From the IMG/VR virus record IMGVR_UViG_2199352030_000012, positions 89 through 64,088 of that record: a stretch of DNA of 64,000 bases, one strand, 5' to 3'. The stretch is from a virus. The notes beneath the pieces were generated by a model. That model was not told where the DNA came from and did no database searches. It was given only the letters and a program-made list of their open reading frames with translations. A program made the translations under genes and the position numbers. Of the stretch, positions 62,362-64,000 are shown one piece after another; positions within the stretch are counted from its first letter, which is position 1, and each line of letters begins with the position of its first letter.

Positions 62362-62493
62362 ATGTTTTGGATAGTAGAATTCTTAATCGTAATGTGTATG
62401 TTAGTGCCACCTTTAGCCTATGCTTTGATCACAGCAATTTGCGAAGTATTCTTAGTGATAGGTGTAATATTAGAGTTTATCTTTAGGATATAA
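62362..62493 (+). CDS. small membrane protein (43 aa)
   Basis: MFWIVEFLIVMCMLVPPLAYALITAICEVFLVIGVILEFIFRI. Confidence 0.5.
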   Translation: MFWIVEFLIVMCMLVPPLAYALITAICEVFLVIGVILEFIFRI

Positions 62494-62540
62494 ACAGATG
62501 AAATTATGATAAAGGCAACGATAGAACATCGATGAAATGG

Positions 62541-62570
62541 GACTTCACGTTATGTGAGGTCTTTTTATTT
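62541..62570 (+). terminator. intrinsic terminator
   Basis: GACTTCAC-GTTAT-GTGAGGTC followed by a T-run. Confidence 0.75.
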
Positions 62571-64000
62571 TGGGTAAAATTATAGAAGTTTAGTTCGTGT
62601 AGAATAGAGATTGGCTGCGCTCATGAAATAGTACAGTTTATATTTGAATATATTTTTATAGAAAAACCGTGAAATATTGATAGTTTGATAGCAATGAAAT
62701 GGTGTCCAGAGCGTATTTCTAAGATTAAGTAGAAAAACGTAACGAAGGAGTATGCATAGAATAGGAGTTAAGAGTATGTTTTGGTACAATAAAATTTTGT
62801 GTTTAAAATAGAAGGGTAAAATTTAGTGTGTTCCACAGGCTAAAATAGGGGCTTCTATCGTTGCGTTTTAAAATGCAGAATAAAATGGAAAATATTAAGA
62901 GTTTGGTACATTATATGTGAATATCTCTCGTTGCCGATTTTGAGTGATTTTCTGTGGAACATTGCTTACATAAAAGGTAAATAATTTTATGTAATACAGA
63001 GTAAATTTGGGTAAATTTGAAAAAACATTATAAATTAAATTGTGTAAATTGTAAGAGTAAAACTTATAGATATTTAAGAATATTGAGATGAAATGTAACA
63101 AAATTGGCTTTCATGTTGATTTAGAGCCATTTGTAGAGTGGAATGAAAAGAGTGAGATAGGTTGGAAATGGGAATAGTGATAAATAGCAAGGTAGTGGGG
63201 ATAATAGTAGATTGAAAATTTACATAATATGAAAGTGAAATAGTGAATAAATCTGTTTAGGAATCATGTTCAGGAGTTGGAAAATATATTTTAGGAGAAA
63301 TATTTCTAGAGCAAATTCAGATATACAAGCATAGTAGGATTAAGGTGAGGTCATTAGAGTAAATGTAGGGGGCGTGTACAGTAGGTGTGGTGATGAGAGA
63401 TATTAGATGAGATTATGGGAAGTGTGGTGGGAGAGATAAATTTATGGCGAGTTGAATGGTGATATGAAAGAGTTCTGGTGCAAAGTAAATTAAGTATAGG
63501 TAATTCAGCTGCGATAGTTGCTATATTTGATGAAGTGGATGAAGTAGATATAGGTAGAGGAAGAAGACTGGAAGAATGGAGATGAGTAGTGATAAAAGAA
63601 ATGAAGGGAAAGGAAATTGTGGTAAATTGAGATATTTTGTGACGAGATCAGGGAAGAAGAATAGGATGAGTGGGAATTGAGTAGTGGATGAGCAGCATTG
63701 GGAATGAGTAGAAGTAGATGGAAGATTAGTGGAGAGTAGGAAAATGATATTGTGGCGATCAGGGAAATGGGAATGAAATTGTGGTGTGGTGAATGAGCTA
63801 CTACCTGGAAAATTGCAAAAAATTTTTGTCTTTTTTGAATTTAAATATCCCCCGTTGTTGTCTATAAATAATATTATGGACACCTTTTTAATATTGGATA
63901 TTTTTCTGACATTTTAGCGACTAAAAACGGGGCTATTTTAGAATCTTTAAAAAATGATAAATTATGTAAATTATTGACGATCTAAAAACGATAAATTTTA

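Noticed and set aside
63521..63883. 120-aa minus-strand ORF
   Set aside because: Composition merely reflects the purine skew; no RBS

Overview
A 64-kb, AT-rich segment of a large temperate siphovirus with SPbeta/c-st-like gene order. The host is probably a Lactobacillaceae member, inferred from the LL-H-type holin, signal-peptide GH25-LysM lysin and Lactobacillus-plasmid-type RepA_N/ParA cassette. The element appears to be a phage-plasmid. Nearly all genes from 1 to 58.6 kb are on the minus strand. In window order they are: a replication module (DNA ligase, DnaE, Cas4/RecB-like nuclease, primase), lysis, tail, a tyrosine recombinase, head, terminase, HU and regulators. A plasmid-type partition/replication cassette, antirepressors and a long non-coding purine-skewed end follow. 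The window is unusually rich in RNA elements. There are three ORF-less group I introns: one in the DnaE catalytic motif, and two paralogous ones around an 84-nt micro-exon at the terminase Walker A motif. There is also a ROOL-like large ncRNA flanked by further structured RNAs, a probable type I toxin-antitoxin pair and a repA antisense RNA. An intact, transposase-less TnpB plus omega-RNA cassette appears to have inserted exactly between the -35 and -10 boxes of the dnaE promoter. A baseplate/tail protein carries a flagellinolysin-like HExxH metalloprotease domain. All family assignments come from motif recognition by eye; no database searches were run.
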